Source: a virus
Length of the DNA stretch: 64,000 nucleotides
IMG/VR virus record: IMGVR_UViG_3300014656_000018
Coordinates: 34,119 to 98,118 of that record
Direction: 5' to 3' (one strand)
The notes beneath the pieces were generated by a model that searched no databases, was not told the DNA's origin, and saw only the letters and a list, made by a program, of their open reading frames with translations. The translations under genes were made by a program, and so were the position numbers. Positions 48,445 through 58,312 of the stretch are shown one piece after another; position 1 is the first letter of the stretch, and every line of letters starts with the position of its first letter.

Positions 48445-51400
48445 TATCCCCTCAGTGCCCGGCTCTGTCTAAGCTCCGAGATGTACTCCTCTACCAGCTT
48501 GTATCTGGATCTTCTAGGATCCACATTGGCATCAATGGAGCGCATTGGACCACTTTTTCCTATAGGAGGTAGGGGACGGTTGGACAGGCCCTCCATGGAA
48601 TCCACATCCCCAAAAGCATCAGAGTGAAATCCCCATCCTGTAACAGCTATGGTCAACCCCAGCTCTCCCGGGCTGGTCTCGGTAATACCGGAATCCAGCA
48701 GGTCAATCATAGTAGCAATCGGTCTCCTATGATACTCTTTGATGAATGAGCTGACGGAGACATTATCCCCCTGCATCTTCAAATAGGCATATACCCGAAC
48801 AAGATGATCTATAGCCTGCTCTATGGACGCTCCTTCCTGTAAATCCGGAGCTATCTGAGCGGAGGTAAGAGGATCAATCCTGGAAGATATAGCTTCTGTT
48901 GTACCCTCTTTTGTTACCTTCTCTTTCCTAAGAAGCTCCTGCTTGTCGGATTCCTTATCCACAGCCTGCTCCTCCAGAGATTTTACCTCCAGAGAATCAG
49001 TCATGCTACCTATCCCGAGGAGAGGTCTGTATACCTTCTCCCCTATCTGAGAATTCTGGAAGATAGGTGCAAACCAGGGAGGCATTATAGCCTCCTCCGG
49101 AGGTACCTCCTGCTTTTCTGTATTATAGGTAGCAGATGTTCTAATGCCGGAAGCAGCCCTAACATCGGCAATCAACTTTCCTATTGTGGTACTGACTGCC
49201 TCTAGCTGACGAGTTCTAGCTAACACCAGAACTTTTCCACAATCAAGAATAACTGGATCTAATTCTTTTTTTACTTCAGAAAGTTTTGATGCCGACCTGG
49301 CCTGTTTTAAGTACCCGTCAGCTTTATCCATATCTGCTATTACTGTTTCAGGACGCATTCCAAGCTCTTCAGCTGTTGGGGATAGGCCCTGAAGCTTCGC
49401 CATACTTTCCCTAAAGTTACCCCAGGCCTCCTCATTATGCTCTCCTGCTCCTTCTGTTTTGTTGGCCAGGAGATAGTAGGTTACACTGCTGACAGATACC
49501 AGGTGTATCAGAGCTTTACTCATATAACCTGTTGGTGAAACATCCCTTACCATACTAGCTAGTTTTTTTACATCCTGACTATCTACATCCAGAAACTCCA
49601 CCTTCTCATTGTGTGTTCTACTTCTGGAGAGGAAGAAGCTTGTATCTCCGCCCTGCTGATTTACTGAATGGCTAACACTTTGAAGATACCCGAAGTACTG
49701 TACCGGAGGTCTGATACCAGCTTTGTTGAGGGCTGCTTCTGCTTTTACTATGCCCTCCGATGAGTAGATCTGGGCCATCTCATTGGTCAAAAATCTATCC
49801 ACCACTACGGAGGTAAATCCAGGAACCAGGAATGGATTAAATTTCCCCGCACCCGATATACTTCGTGGTGCAAATCTTCTACGGAAGAACAGGTAGTTGG
49901 CTATTCTCTGTACAACGTCTATCTTTGTCTCCGCACTGACGTTGTTATCGTGAAGATGAAGGCCAGCCAAATCTGCCATTGACTCGAAAGCAGGAATTAT
50001 CCCTGTATATATCTCATGAGGAAGAATGACTCTCACAGATCTGGCGACGCTGCCTGCTGAGGTATCTGATTTCACTGCTGCTATCTTGGGGGCATAGTAG
50101 GTTTTCTTATCTGAGCCAAGATGGCGCATCCTTTTTTCACCATCCTGCCACTCTCCAGGTCTGGCTAGAAACTCAGTAGATGTACTTATCTGCAGCCTGG
50201 TGATCTCCTGAAGGTAGGACCTGTTGTAGCTAAATTGACCATAGAAGTCTGGGAAGATTACATTGCTTCGGGGAGGAGAGGTAAACCAGCATTCTGGAAT
50301 GATGAAAGTGTTGAATAGGCGGGAGGGTCTGATAAGAGTTCTCCGAATCTTCTTATGTATTCCCGTGCCCATCAATCCTGTTTTGGCATCCAGATCATCG
50401 AACAGCTCTATCAGCTTCATACTCTCCGCCAATGTTGTTGATGCGTTGACAGGAGGAGCAGGTAGAAGCTGGGATATGATATTGACTGTACGGCCCTTTA
50501 TGCTGATGCAGAGAGCTATTGTCTTTGCTATATATTTCTTATCCTTCTCTACCACACTATTCATGAAACCAAGAGCCTTATCAAGAAGATCTCTTGTTTG
50601 CTTCATATAGGACATAAAATCAGCGTCACCAGCCACTGAAGCGAAGGAAAGCATTCCTGCCTCAAGGGGAACACCTCCTGCAGCAAGGCCAACAGCCCCT
50701 GCAGGGGCAGCAAATCCTGCCATAAGAGGAGCTTCTCTCGCTACCTCAGCTCTATTTGCTGCCTCAATGGCATCTAAAACGGCTCCCCTGGCCTTGACCA
50801 ACTTATCTTTGGATTCCGGAGAGAAATCTACATTTATATCCCTATGATCCTTTTTCGAAGATTTGCTCACGTAGTAAGCGCAAGGACATGGGACAGTCAC
50901 ATAGAATATCTTTCCCAGAAGCTCGCTCAGGATATCCTGGAAGGATGCTATATTACCCAGGCTCTGTATCTTTCTATTCAACCACGTACCAAACTTTCCA
51001 TGATTGATGAGCTTGGCGCTGGTCGTATCATCCTCCAGAGCACCTATCATTCTGGTAATATGTAGACGCAGCTCTGCCAGTGAATAGAAGTCGTTTATTC
51101 CCCGGAACTGAGTAGAGCCACTATAGACCCCTCCTACTGACTCCAGCATGTGGATGAGCCCACCAAGCATTCCCTTCATTCCGGGAAAGGTAGCTGGAGC
51201 TGTGCTCAGAAGCTTGATTATCAGACCTCCCGGACTTGTCTGATCCTTGTCATAGGAGGACGATCCTGCTCCTACAAAAGAAGCTGTCTGAGATTGAGAC
51301 CCACCCTTCTCCTCATCGAAGAAGCACTGCTTTGCATGCTCCCAATAAGAAGTAAAATCCACGCACTGAAGCGTAGCCTGTCTTGAGCTTGTAGTCCGCA

Positions 51401-51716
51401 GAAAAGATATTCCTACCATCTCTCCAGTAAAGAGAAGCTTATATTTATCCGAAAGCTCCTCACTGGATAGATTGACCTCGTCGGAAGGTCTATCTGAATT
51501 AGGATCATCCTGAGAGGAATGCTCCGTCTCATAGTAGTCATAGAAGAACAAGTGAACCAGCGTACGGGGCTTCAGATCCATCAACCTGTCTGTAGGGATA
51601 ACCTGTATCGATGCTGTTGCCGGGCTACCAACACTGGCACTGACCTGGGCAGCAATAACAGGAACCTCCTGACCCTCCAAAAACAGGCGAAGGCGTAGCT
51701 GCTGACCTATGGACAT
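48444..51716 (-). CDS. Putative baseplate hub protein (gp27/VgrG-like N-terminus)
   Basis: LRLFLEG.EVP...ATASIQV, LLF.GE..G, LQC.D; FNP..VPGF..+V; position after the tape measure. Confidence 0.55.
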   Translation of the reverse strand: MSIGQQLRLRLFLEGQEVPVIAAQVSASVGSPATASIQVIPTDRLMDLKPRTLVHLFFYDYYETEHSSQDDPNSDRPSDEVNLSSEELSDKYKLLFTGEMVGISFLRTTSSRQATLQCVDFTSYWEHAKQCFFDEEKGGSQSQTASFVGAGSSSYDKDQTSPGGLIIKLLSTAPATFPGMKGMLGGLIHMLESVGGVYSGSTQFRGINDFYSLAELRLHITRMIGALEDDTTSAKLINHGKFGTWLNRKIQSLGNIASFQDILSELLGKIFYVTVPCPCAYYVSKSSKKDHRDINVDFSPESKDKLVKARGAVLDAIEAANRAEVAREAPLMAGFAAPAGAVGLAAGGVPLEAGMLSFASVAGDADFMSYMKQTRDLLDKALGFMNSVVEKDKKYIAKTIALCISIKGRTVNIISQLLPAPPVNASTTLAESMKLIELFDDLDAKTGLMGTGIHKKIRRTLIRPSRLFNTFIIPECWFTSPPRSNVIFPDFYGQFSYNRSYLQEITRLQISTSTEFLARPGEWQDGEKRMRHLGSDKKTYYAPKIAAVKSDTSAGSVARSVRVILPHEIYTGIIPAFESMADLAGLHLHDNNVSAETKIDVVQRIANYLFFRRRFAPRSISGAGKFNPFLVPGFTSVVVDRFLTNEMAQIYSSEGIVKAEAALNKAGIRPPVQYFGYLQSVSHSVNQQGGDTSFFLSRSRTHNEKVEFLDVDSQDVKKLASMVRDVSPTGYMSKALIHLVSVSSVTYYLLANKTEGAGEHNEEAWGNFRESMAKLQGLSPTAEELGMRPETVIADMDKADGYLKQARSASKLSEVKKELDPVILDCGKVLVLARTRQLEAVSTTIGKLIADVRAASGIRTSATYNTEKQEVPPEEAIMPPWFAPIFQNSQIGEKVYRPLLGIGSMTDSLEVKSLEEQAVDKESDKQELLRKEKVTKEGTTEAISSRIDPLTSAQIAPDLQEGASIEQAIDHLVRVYAYLKMQGDNVSVSSFIKEYHRRPIATMIDLLDSGITETSPGELGLTIAVTGWGFHSDAFGDVDSMEGLSNRPLPPIGKSGPMRSIDANVDPRRSRYKLVEEYISELRQSRALRG

Positions 51717-52963
51717 CAGGGCTCCAAGCTTCCAGGGATGTCTACGGTATTGCTGTCACCATACACATGCCCTATGCTTACCGCTGATACAGTAAATGCA
51801 CTTGGGCTAAAAATATCTCTGGCACTCCTCCCCAACTCTGCATCGCTGGCACCCATATCTGATAGCCTGGCTAACCCTACTGTACCCACTGCCAGGGGAT
51901 CCAGTGCCCCAGCTACTCCTTTTTGGCCTGGAGTCAGGGCATTGCTGTTCTGAGCTGCGTTAAATACACCATAACCCAGGCCTGCAGCCACACCTGCTAC
52001 ATTTCCACTGGCAACATTCTGGGCCAGATTGAACATCTTGGTGGGATTCAGGAAGTATTCTTTGAGAGCATCCATGAAAGACATTCCGGATTCCGACTGA
52101 AGGTTCTTCAGTCTTGTGTTGAGAGCATTGAAAGAATCAGCTTCCAGTATCTTATCGGCCTGCTCCGCTGCACCTGCTCCATATCTTGGTGTCAGCAGCT
52201 GGATGAGGGATGTTCTTGCTATAGTACGCTGACCCTTGGTGAACTCAGCTATGCTTGTGGTATCTCCTATCATGAACTGCTGCTTGTCACCAAGAAGTGC
52301 CATACCAAATAGAAGAGAGTTGAGAACCAGATCCTTTCCGTCTGTAGCGGATACTACCGGTCCAATATTCTCATACCTGTGCACCAGCATATTGAAGGCA
52401 AAGGGAATCTGATAAGGGTCTGTGGCCGATTCTCTAGCATTTGCTCCGATAATATATCCCTGTACGATGATGTCATCCCACATGAGATAGGCTATGGCAT
52501 TCTTCTCTACCAGCTTTGATCCCCGGAAATTCTGGTCGTAGTTTCTCCAGAACTCTGCTCTCCAATTGTGATCTCTGGAGTTTACCAGCATCCCGGAGCA
52601 GGCTATCACTCTTGGCTGCTCCCCATAGAAGAAGACATATGACTCTCCAAACGTCTCCACCAGCTGCATCTTCTCGGCTCTGCTCTCTGTAACTGACTGT
52701 AGGGTAAAGTTGGTCCATAGGTTGGAGCTTTTACCATCCTGGTTGGAAGCAAGCTGGATAACCTTTCCTCCGGCATCCATTATGATGAGCTGAGCTACCG
52801 TATCCTCTTTCAGGTCAAGCCCGGAATAAGGCCGTCTCACCTGATTTCCTGTGTTTCTCCACCAGGAACCATAAGGCCAGCCAGACCTTGTTTGAGCTAC
52901 ACTCATGCTTGCAGCTTTGAACTTCTCGGCAAAAGCATTGGTTTCAAGAAGTATTACTGCCAT
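51716..52963 (-). CDS. Putative tail tube initiator-like protein
   Basis: LQSV.E.R.EK.Q.VETFG..YVFFYG..P......G.L; context. Confidence 0.5.
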   Translation of the reverse strand: MAVILLETNAFAEKFKAASMSVAQTRSGWPYGSWWRNTGNQVRRPYSGLDLKEDTVAQLIIMDAGGKVIQLASNQDGKSSNLWTNFTLQSVTESRAEKMQLVETFGESYVFFYGEQPRVIACSGMLVNSRDHNWRAEFWRNYDQNFRGSKLVEKNAIAYLMWDDIIVQGYIIGANARESATDPYQIPFAFNMLVHRYENIGPVVSATDGKDLVLNSLLFGMALLGDKQQFMIGDTTSIAEFTKGQRTIARTSLIQLLTPRYGAGAAEQADKILEADSFNALNTRLKNLQSESGMSFMDALKEYFLNPTKMFNLAQNVASGNVAGVAAGLGYGVFNAAQNSNALTPGQKGVAGALDPLAVGTVGLARLSDMGASDAELGRSARDIFSPSAFTVSAVSIGHVYGDSNTVDIPGSLEP

Positions 52964-53169
52964 TATCTACTCACGTTGGTCTTGATGAGCTGGTCTTTTA
53001 TGTCCCGGGAAAGTGGCTGCATCATACTCTCCTCTTCAGTGAGAATATAGTACATCTCGGCTTTGGACATCCACTCCAGCAGCTCTTCCGGAGTAACAGA
53101 TTGGAGAACCTTTACAGTATAGCTACGAGAACCGTTTTGAAGAGTGAACTGACCACCTCTGGAGGACAT
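52963..53169 (-). CDS. Small hypothetical protein
   Basis: AGGAG RBS, coupled to the next gene. Confidence 0.6.
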   Translation of the reverse strand: MSSRGGQFTLQNGSRSYTVKVLQSVTPEELLEWMSKAEMYYILTEEESMMQPLSRDIKDQLIKTNVSR

Positions 53170-53179
53170 TGATGGCTCC

Positions 53180-56100
53180 TTAACCTTCTTCCTTGGTTGG
53201 TCCCTTCTCCCCCTTCAGCTCCATGACATAGCCTTGAACCAACCTGGTGTGCTCTATCAAAGTCTTTGACCACTCATCAGCCTGCTTGAACACATCACCT
53301 ATGCCCCCTGTCTTACCACTACCTGTAGCAGGTCCTTTATACCCCGCCATAGCAAGCTCGGTAGCCACAGCCCTCCTCTCCTCCTTGGTATATCCACCGG
53401 ATGCTGCACCGGCTATCTTTGCTGCAGCTGCAGCTGCCTCCGGACCTTCTCCCAATCTCCTGGTGAGAGCCTCCTGAAGATCTCCTGTATCCCCAGTATA
53501 GGCTTTCTTTAGCATCTCATCACTGGCACCTGGGAGGATATCTCTCATCTGAAGTGCAAAACCCTTTGCACTTACCTTCCCTTTCCCGCCAGCCTTGGCC
53601 AGCCTCTCCTCCATACTGAGAACAGCATAGCCCATTTGACCCAGACCCATACTCGAAGCAAATCCGGAGAGCTTCATGAAGCTTTCTTTGGATGCTCCAC
53701 TTGCAGATAGCAGCTTCTCCAGAATTTCTCTCTGGCTGGTTATTGTCCCTACAAAGGCTTCCTCATCCCCTGCAGCTCTACTTATAAGCTGCTCGGCTGT
53801 CTTTCCGAACTCTCCGGTAGCAAATTCAGAGATAAAACGTCTCTTCTCAGAGCCCCACATAGCTGCATGTTGAGCAAATCCCTCTTTGGACATAGCAATG
53901 CTGGTAAGACCTGGAAGGTCTCTGGTCATACTTCTAATAGAATCCATACCCTCTCTTTTTGCTCTTTCTGCCATAACCCTTAGAGTTGCAGCTTCTCCCT
54001 CATTGACCTCTGTCCCAAAGTATTTCGACATCTGAGCAGGAGTCATGGTAGCCAGATTTTTTATAGCGTTTTCATCTTCTGAGGCAAGCATGCCTAATAT
54101 CTTCTTCCCAATATCACCCTTCTGTAAAACAGCTAAAGTCTGCTGGTTTTCATTACTGACAGATAATTCTCTACCAGAAACACCAAGTACCTTTTTACTT
54201 GATAATCTTTCAACAAAGGTAGCAAGGTCCTTCTGTCTCCTCTCCTCAGTCATCTTGCCAGTGAAGCCACCATAGCCAGCTACCTTAGCAGCAGCACCGA
54301 TATCAGGAGTATAAGCAGTACTTGCCCCAGTCCGTCTCATCAGCTCTACTACATTTTGGGCTGCACCGGGACCGGTCATGAGAGATCCAAGAGGACCACC
54401 CTTGCCAGCAAGAGCTGATGCCATTGCCCCCAATCTTTTCCCCACATCACCAGTCTCTCCTTCCCGAGCAATACCCATACCTAGCTCAGCTTCACCCAGC
54501 TGAGAAACGTCACGGCTAAATTGTTTATCAATCTCAGAACGGCCTTCTACAGACATGCTTCTCAGTGCTTCAGTAGGACCACCAAATACAGCACGAGCCC
54601 TCTCTAAACCACCGAACTGGGAAGCCAATGCTTGCTGCTCACTTCCACCTATTGTCTCATTGAGCCACTCACCGGCAGCAAAGCCCATCCTTGCACCACC
54701 ATATGTACCCAAACCCATACTGACTACAGTTCCTGCAGCCCCTCCGACCAAACCTCCTCCTAAAGCGAGTAAGCCACCACCTCTTCCTGGTGTTACCCCT
54801 CCTGTTGCCCCTCTGAAGTCACCTGAAAGAACCCCGAGATTTCCCCGTCTGCCTGCTGCACCCATATTGGCAACATCTGTACCTGTCACTCTATAGGACT
54901 CAGTACCGGTCACTCTGGAAAGTACATCTTCCGATACTTCGGCAGTCCAACGTCCGATATCCGATCCGGCTTCTTGGAGAGCTTTCCCTATACGTCCAGT
55001 TGTTGAATCTACAATTCGCCTCTTTACTGCATCCCATGAGGCGTGCTCTTTTATGAATGACTCTCTCTCAAGAGCTATTGCAGCCTGAGCACCCTTCTGC
55101 TTCAACTGGGTATGTATCTCCCCTCCCTTCCGGGCCAGATCCATGATCAGCTTTGACTGCCTGCGGGAAAGACCGGAGTACTGCTCTTCTATCATCTCCA
55201 GAATATTTTCATCGGGCTCCTTATCCAGCCTATCCCCAACCTTCATACGTACCTGTCCGGCAAGGGCAGCTAGAGGTCCTGCCTGCTCTACAAACTCTCC
55301 CCGGAGATCCTCTATATTTGCCCGCAGCGCATGCTTACCCCTTCTGGTTTTAGTTCTGGATTTGAACCTCTTGAGCATATCTGCTTTGGACATCGATCCG
55401 GATAGATAAGACTGCATTGCTTCCGGATCCAATCCAGTGCCCTGCTCATTCATCAAGGCACCCATGGTCTTGTACCCAAGACGACTACTGACAGATCTAT
55501 AAGCAGCTCCCATCACACTTTGAGAGAGGGCAGCTACAGCTTCCTCCCCAAGTAACCCACCCGTGGCCTCAGAGATCTGCTCCTCGGAGAATAGACCCAT
55601 CTGTTGGCCTGCACCTATCATTCCTACAGCACCGCGCATTGCTCCAACACCACGAGCACCGGTAGCACCAAAGGCCCTTCCTATCTGGGCACCTCCCTGC
55701 ATCATGCTCATCATTCCCTGAGAGCTGATACCAGCGGACATGGCGGTCAGTCTATTGGATTGAATTCCAGACCGGATAGCTCCGGAGGTGTACATACCCA
55801 TCTGCTTGTGCTGTTCAAGCAGGGGGACAGCTTCCTGGAGAGAAGTATGGAATATCTGAGAGATCTCTTTCAGCGTCTCCACTGTCTCCTTGAACTTGTT
55901 ACGGAAATCTTTAACACTCTGGGTCATGCGAAAATGACCACCACCAATCAGGCTGCCCATCGTTCCCTGTAGATCATTGAAATCTACCCCACCCCCTCCC
56001 ATACCCCGCATCATATTAGTGATACCGCCAATATCACCCTGGTTGAACCCCATTGCTCCGGGACCTACCATTCCTGGCATCATTGATCGCTGAACACCAC

Positions 56101-56725
56101 CGAACATGGCCTGGGTAGATGAGAACTGCTGGGCACCGGTCATCATTTGATTTCCGGCGTAATCTACAGCTGCTCCTATAGCTGCATATGGGGCTGCAGC
56201 TAAAAGACCTGCTCCTATTCCCCCCGCAAGACCTCCAGCTATAGCTCTTCCACCTAAAGAAGGGACAGCTCCAATAGTTGATAGGAGACCCCCTCCTCCT
56301 CCCCCAAGAGTTGCTATTTGAGCACCTGTTACTCCGGCACCTCTCCAAAATCCTTGAGTGATTGATTTCCCTACCGTTGTTATAGGATCCAGCAAGCTGT
56401 GACCCATTATGGGAGTACCCCAATTCATACCTGTCTTACCAGCCATGCCCAAGAAGCCGAGACCCATGCCAGCTACGCCCAGACCAGCCTGGCCTGCTCC
56501 GATAAGGTGTTGACCAGCCTCAGCTCCAAATGCTCCGGGCGCTACCTGACCGGTAAATACAGATCTGGGGTCTGTCATGCTTACCGATGGAAATGTCGGT
56601 GGAGTAGCAGAACCATCTGCTATCCCGGCCTGCACCCCTATCTGTTGAGAGTAAGCAGCAGCATTACCGAACATTGCCTGCTGGTTCTGCATGAGCTGGG
56701 CGGTGTCGTTAGAAGATATAGGCAT
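53180..56725 (-). CDS. Tape-measure-like protein
   Basis: 1181 aa, G/A/M-rich helical sequence with glycine-rich hydrophobic segments; first gene of the tail cluster. Confidence 0.7.
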   Translation of the reverse strand: MPISSNDTAQLMQNQQAMFGNAAAYSQQIGVQAGIADGSATPPTFPSVSMTDPRSVFTGQVAPGAFGAEAGQHLIGAGQAGLGVAGMGLGFLGMAGKTGMNWGTPIMGHSLLDPITTVGKSITQGFWRGAGVTGAQIATLGGGGGGLLSTIGAVPSLGGRAIAGGLAGGIGAGLLAAAPYAAIGAAVDYAGNQMMTGAQQFSSTQAMFGGVQRSMMPGMVGPGAMGFNQGDIGGITNMMRGMGGGGVDFNDLQGTMGSLIGGGHFRMTQSVKDFRNKFKETVETLKEISQIFHTSLQEAVPLLEQHKQMGMYTSGAIRSGIQSNRLTAMSAGISSQGMMSMMQGGAQIGRAFGATGARGVGAMRGAVGMIGAGQQMGLFSEEQISEATGGLLGEEAVAALSQSVMGAAYRSVSSRLGYKTMGALMNEQGTGLDPEAMQSYLSGSMSKADMLKRFKSRTKTRRGKHALRANIEDLRGEFVEQAGPLAALAGQVRMKVGDRLDKEPDENILEMIEEQYSGLSRRQSKLIMDLARKGGEIHTQLKQKGAQAAIALERESFIKEHASWDAVKRRIVDSTTGRIGKALQEAGSDIGRWTAEVSEDVLSRVTGTESYRVTGTDVANMGAAGRRGNLGVLSGDFRGATGGVTPGRGGGLLALGGGLVGGAAGTVVSMGLGTYGGARMGFAAGEWLNETIGGSEQQALASQFGGLERARAVFGGPTEALRSMSVEGRSEIDKQFSRDVSQLGEAELGMGIAREGETGDVGKRLGAMASALAGKGGPLGSLMTGPGAAQNVVELMRRTGASTAYTPDIGAAAKVAGYGGFTGKMTEERRQKDLATFVERLSSKKVLGVSGRELSVSNENQQTLAVLQKGDIGKKILGMLASEDENAIKNLATMTPAQMSKYFGTEVNEGEAATLRVMAERAKREGMDSIRSMTRDLPGLTSIAMSKEGFAQHAAMWGSEKRRFISEFATGEFGKTAEQLISRAAGDEEAFVGTITSQREILEKLLSASGASKESFMKLSGFASSMGLGQMGYAVLSMEERLAKAGGKGKVSAKGFALQMRDILPGASDEMLKKAYTGDTGDLQEALTRRLGEGPEAAAAAAKIAGAASGGYTKEERRAVATELAMAGYKGPATGSGKTGGIGDVFKQADEWSKTLIEHTRLVQGYVMELKGEKGPTKEEG

Positions 56726-56751
56726 GTACTCTCCCTACTTTACCAGCTCTC

Positions 56752-56796
56752 AGCTTATACCAGTGAAAGAGAGACCTCAAGCTTTGGTATAAGAAT
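56752..56796. promoter_or_regulatory. Back-to-back TGGTATAAG motifs (divergent promoters)
   Basis: CTTATACCA at 56754-56762 (minus copy) and TGGTATAAG at 56785-56793 (plus copy). Confidence 0.6.
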
Positions 56797-56821
56797 AATA
56801 GAGAGGCAACATAGGAGGAAC

Positions 56822-57010
56822 ATGATGATGATATGGGAAGATAGAATACTGCGAGGTTCCTTCTGCACCCGTTGTGGTGCGGAAGGAGGCCGGGTCGTGA
56901 ACGACCCGGCCTGTGAAGAGAACATCTGCCCCGTATGCGGGGCAGAGGAGCGGCGACGACTCGTCCAGCCCGACACCGAGCATCTCCCCGACGAACATCT
57001 CCCCAAGTAG
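56822..57010 (+). CDS. Small zinc-ribbon protein
   Basis: AGGAGG RBS; CTRCG...CPVCG. Confidence 0.7.
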   Translation: MMMIWEDRILRGSFCTRCGAEGGRVVNDPACEENICPVCGAEERRRLVQPDTEHLPDEHLPK

Positions 57011-57037
57011 CCATCAAGTCTCCCATCCCGGGAGCAC

Positions 57038-57061
57038 AGCCCGTAAGGGCTTTCTTTACCT
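57038..57061 (+). terminator. Hairpin terminator
   Basis: AGCCC-GTAA-GGGCT then TTCTTTACCT. Confidence 0.65.
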
Positions 57062-57085
57062 GGTAAAAATATACTTATTGGATTG

Positions 57086-57101
57086 GGTATAAGAATATTG
57101 A
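57086..57101 (+). promoter_or_regulatory. GGTATAAGAATATTGA promoter-like motif
   Basis: 16-nt identity with 60583-60598. Confidence 0.65.
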
Positions 57102-57199
57102 GGAGGAAATCTAGGAGGACCAAACGCCGGTAGGGCATCATCTCACAGCGACGTGGGGGATGTGTGTCCTGCCCAAGTGAAAAAAACAAGGAGGGTACG

Positions 57200-58312
57200 G
57201 TGTTACCCGTAAGTATAAATAATTATTATGGGGATCCGCTCCACCCGGAGCAGGTCCCCAACACAATAGGAAAGCTCGTCCGCCTACAGGCGGACGGGCA
57301 CAAGGGCCCCGTGGCCCTCATCACCAAGGGGTGGGCCAGTCCCGTGCTGGCCCACAAGTTGAAAGAGGAAAGCCCCGAGGGCCTGGTGGCCCTCATTAGC
57401 ATCTCCAACTGTGTAGGGCAGCTGGAGCCGGTCCCCATCAATAGGCGAATGGAGACCATGAGAAACCTGGTCGGGGCTGGCATCCCGACCATCGCCTACA
57501 TCCGTCCACTGATCGGAGTGGACGGATTGGAGAGACTGTTCACCCTGGTGGCCGGCACCGGGGTGAGGACGGTGATCATTTCGGGGTTTCGTGCCCCGGA
57601 ATCGATTGCTGAGAAGATGGGGGTCGGCGGTGCCTCCGTCAGAGTGAAGCAGATGCCGCCGAGTGCTCGGAGGATCTGCCAGGAGCAGTGCAGCCTTCAC
57701 GGGCTGCAACTGTTCGAGCGCACGGCCTGTGGGGCGGCCTACGCTCTGGGGATTCCACGCCCGTGGAATCCCTACTGGATCTCGCCCCACACGGCAGGTT
57801 GCCTGAGCTGCCCACTGCGGGCGACCTGCTACGACGCCAAAGAACCGCAACCCTCCCGAGAGGGGATGGATCTGGTAACCCGTCTGGGCTACCAACCCAT
57901 CCTCCAGCCGGGCGGAGCCTCCCGGTGCAGCGTCCAGCCGGACAGACGGCTGGAGTGTCTCAGCTGCTGCACAAGCTGCTTCCTGATCGACCGGCCAAGG
58001 GTCGATCTTCGAGCACCGGGAATGACTCTGGGGGATGTGGCCTTCTGCCGCTTCCTTCTCGGAGGCGTCCTGGTGTCCTCACAGGGGGTGGTGGACGGAG
58101 GAGACCCGAAGGTGGGTCATGTCAACCCACCTAACCTGCGATGGCCAGAAGGTGTTGAGGTTCACGCCATCAACACCTGGCTGCCCCTGGCAAAACAAAC
58201 CTCAAAGTGCTTTGGGTGCAGGTACTGCATCACTCCGCACTTTGAGAACGTAAATAGGGAGTACGGCATGTTCCCAAAGGACATGCTCGAATGGGTGTAC
58301 TCCCATGTTTGA
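57200..58312 (+). CDS. SPL-like radical-SAM-related protein, Cys-rich, cluster motif at C-terminus
   Basis: GTG start after AAGGAGG; GDP, ITKG, ISIS...LEP....R, IRPLI, SGFR core; terminal CFGCRYC. Confidence 0.7.
   Translation: MLPVSINNYYGDPLHPEQVPNTIGKLVRLQADGHKGPVALITKGWASPVLAHKLKEESPEGLVALISISNCVGQLEPVPINRRMETMRNLVGAGIPTIAYIRPLIGVDGLERLFTLVAGTGVRTVIISGFRAPESIAEKMGVGGASVRVKQMPPSARRICQEQCSLHGLQLFERTACGAAYALGIPRPWNPYWISPHTAGCLSCPLRATCYDAKEPQPSREGMDLVTRLGYQPILQPGGASRCSVQPDRRLECLSCCTSCFLIDRPRVDLRAPGMTLGDVAFCRFLLGGVLVSSQGVVDGGDPKVGHVNPPNLRWPEGVEVHAINTWLPLAKQTSKCFGCRYCITPHFENVNREYGMFPKDMLEWVYSHV

Noticed and set aside
57115-57175. Riboswitch in the leader of the radical SAM operon
   Set aside because: Only an imperfect hairpin is visible, with no SAM, SAH or cobalamin consensus; a covariance search could revisit it.
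57688-58134. Alternative-frame and antisense ORFs over the GC-rich genes
   Set aside because: Expected by-products of high GC, with no RBS or motifs.
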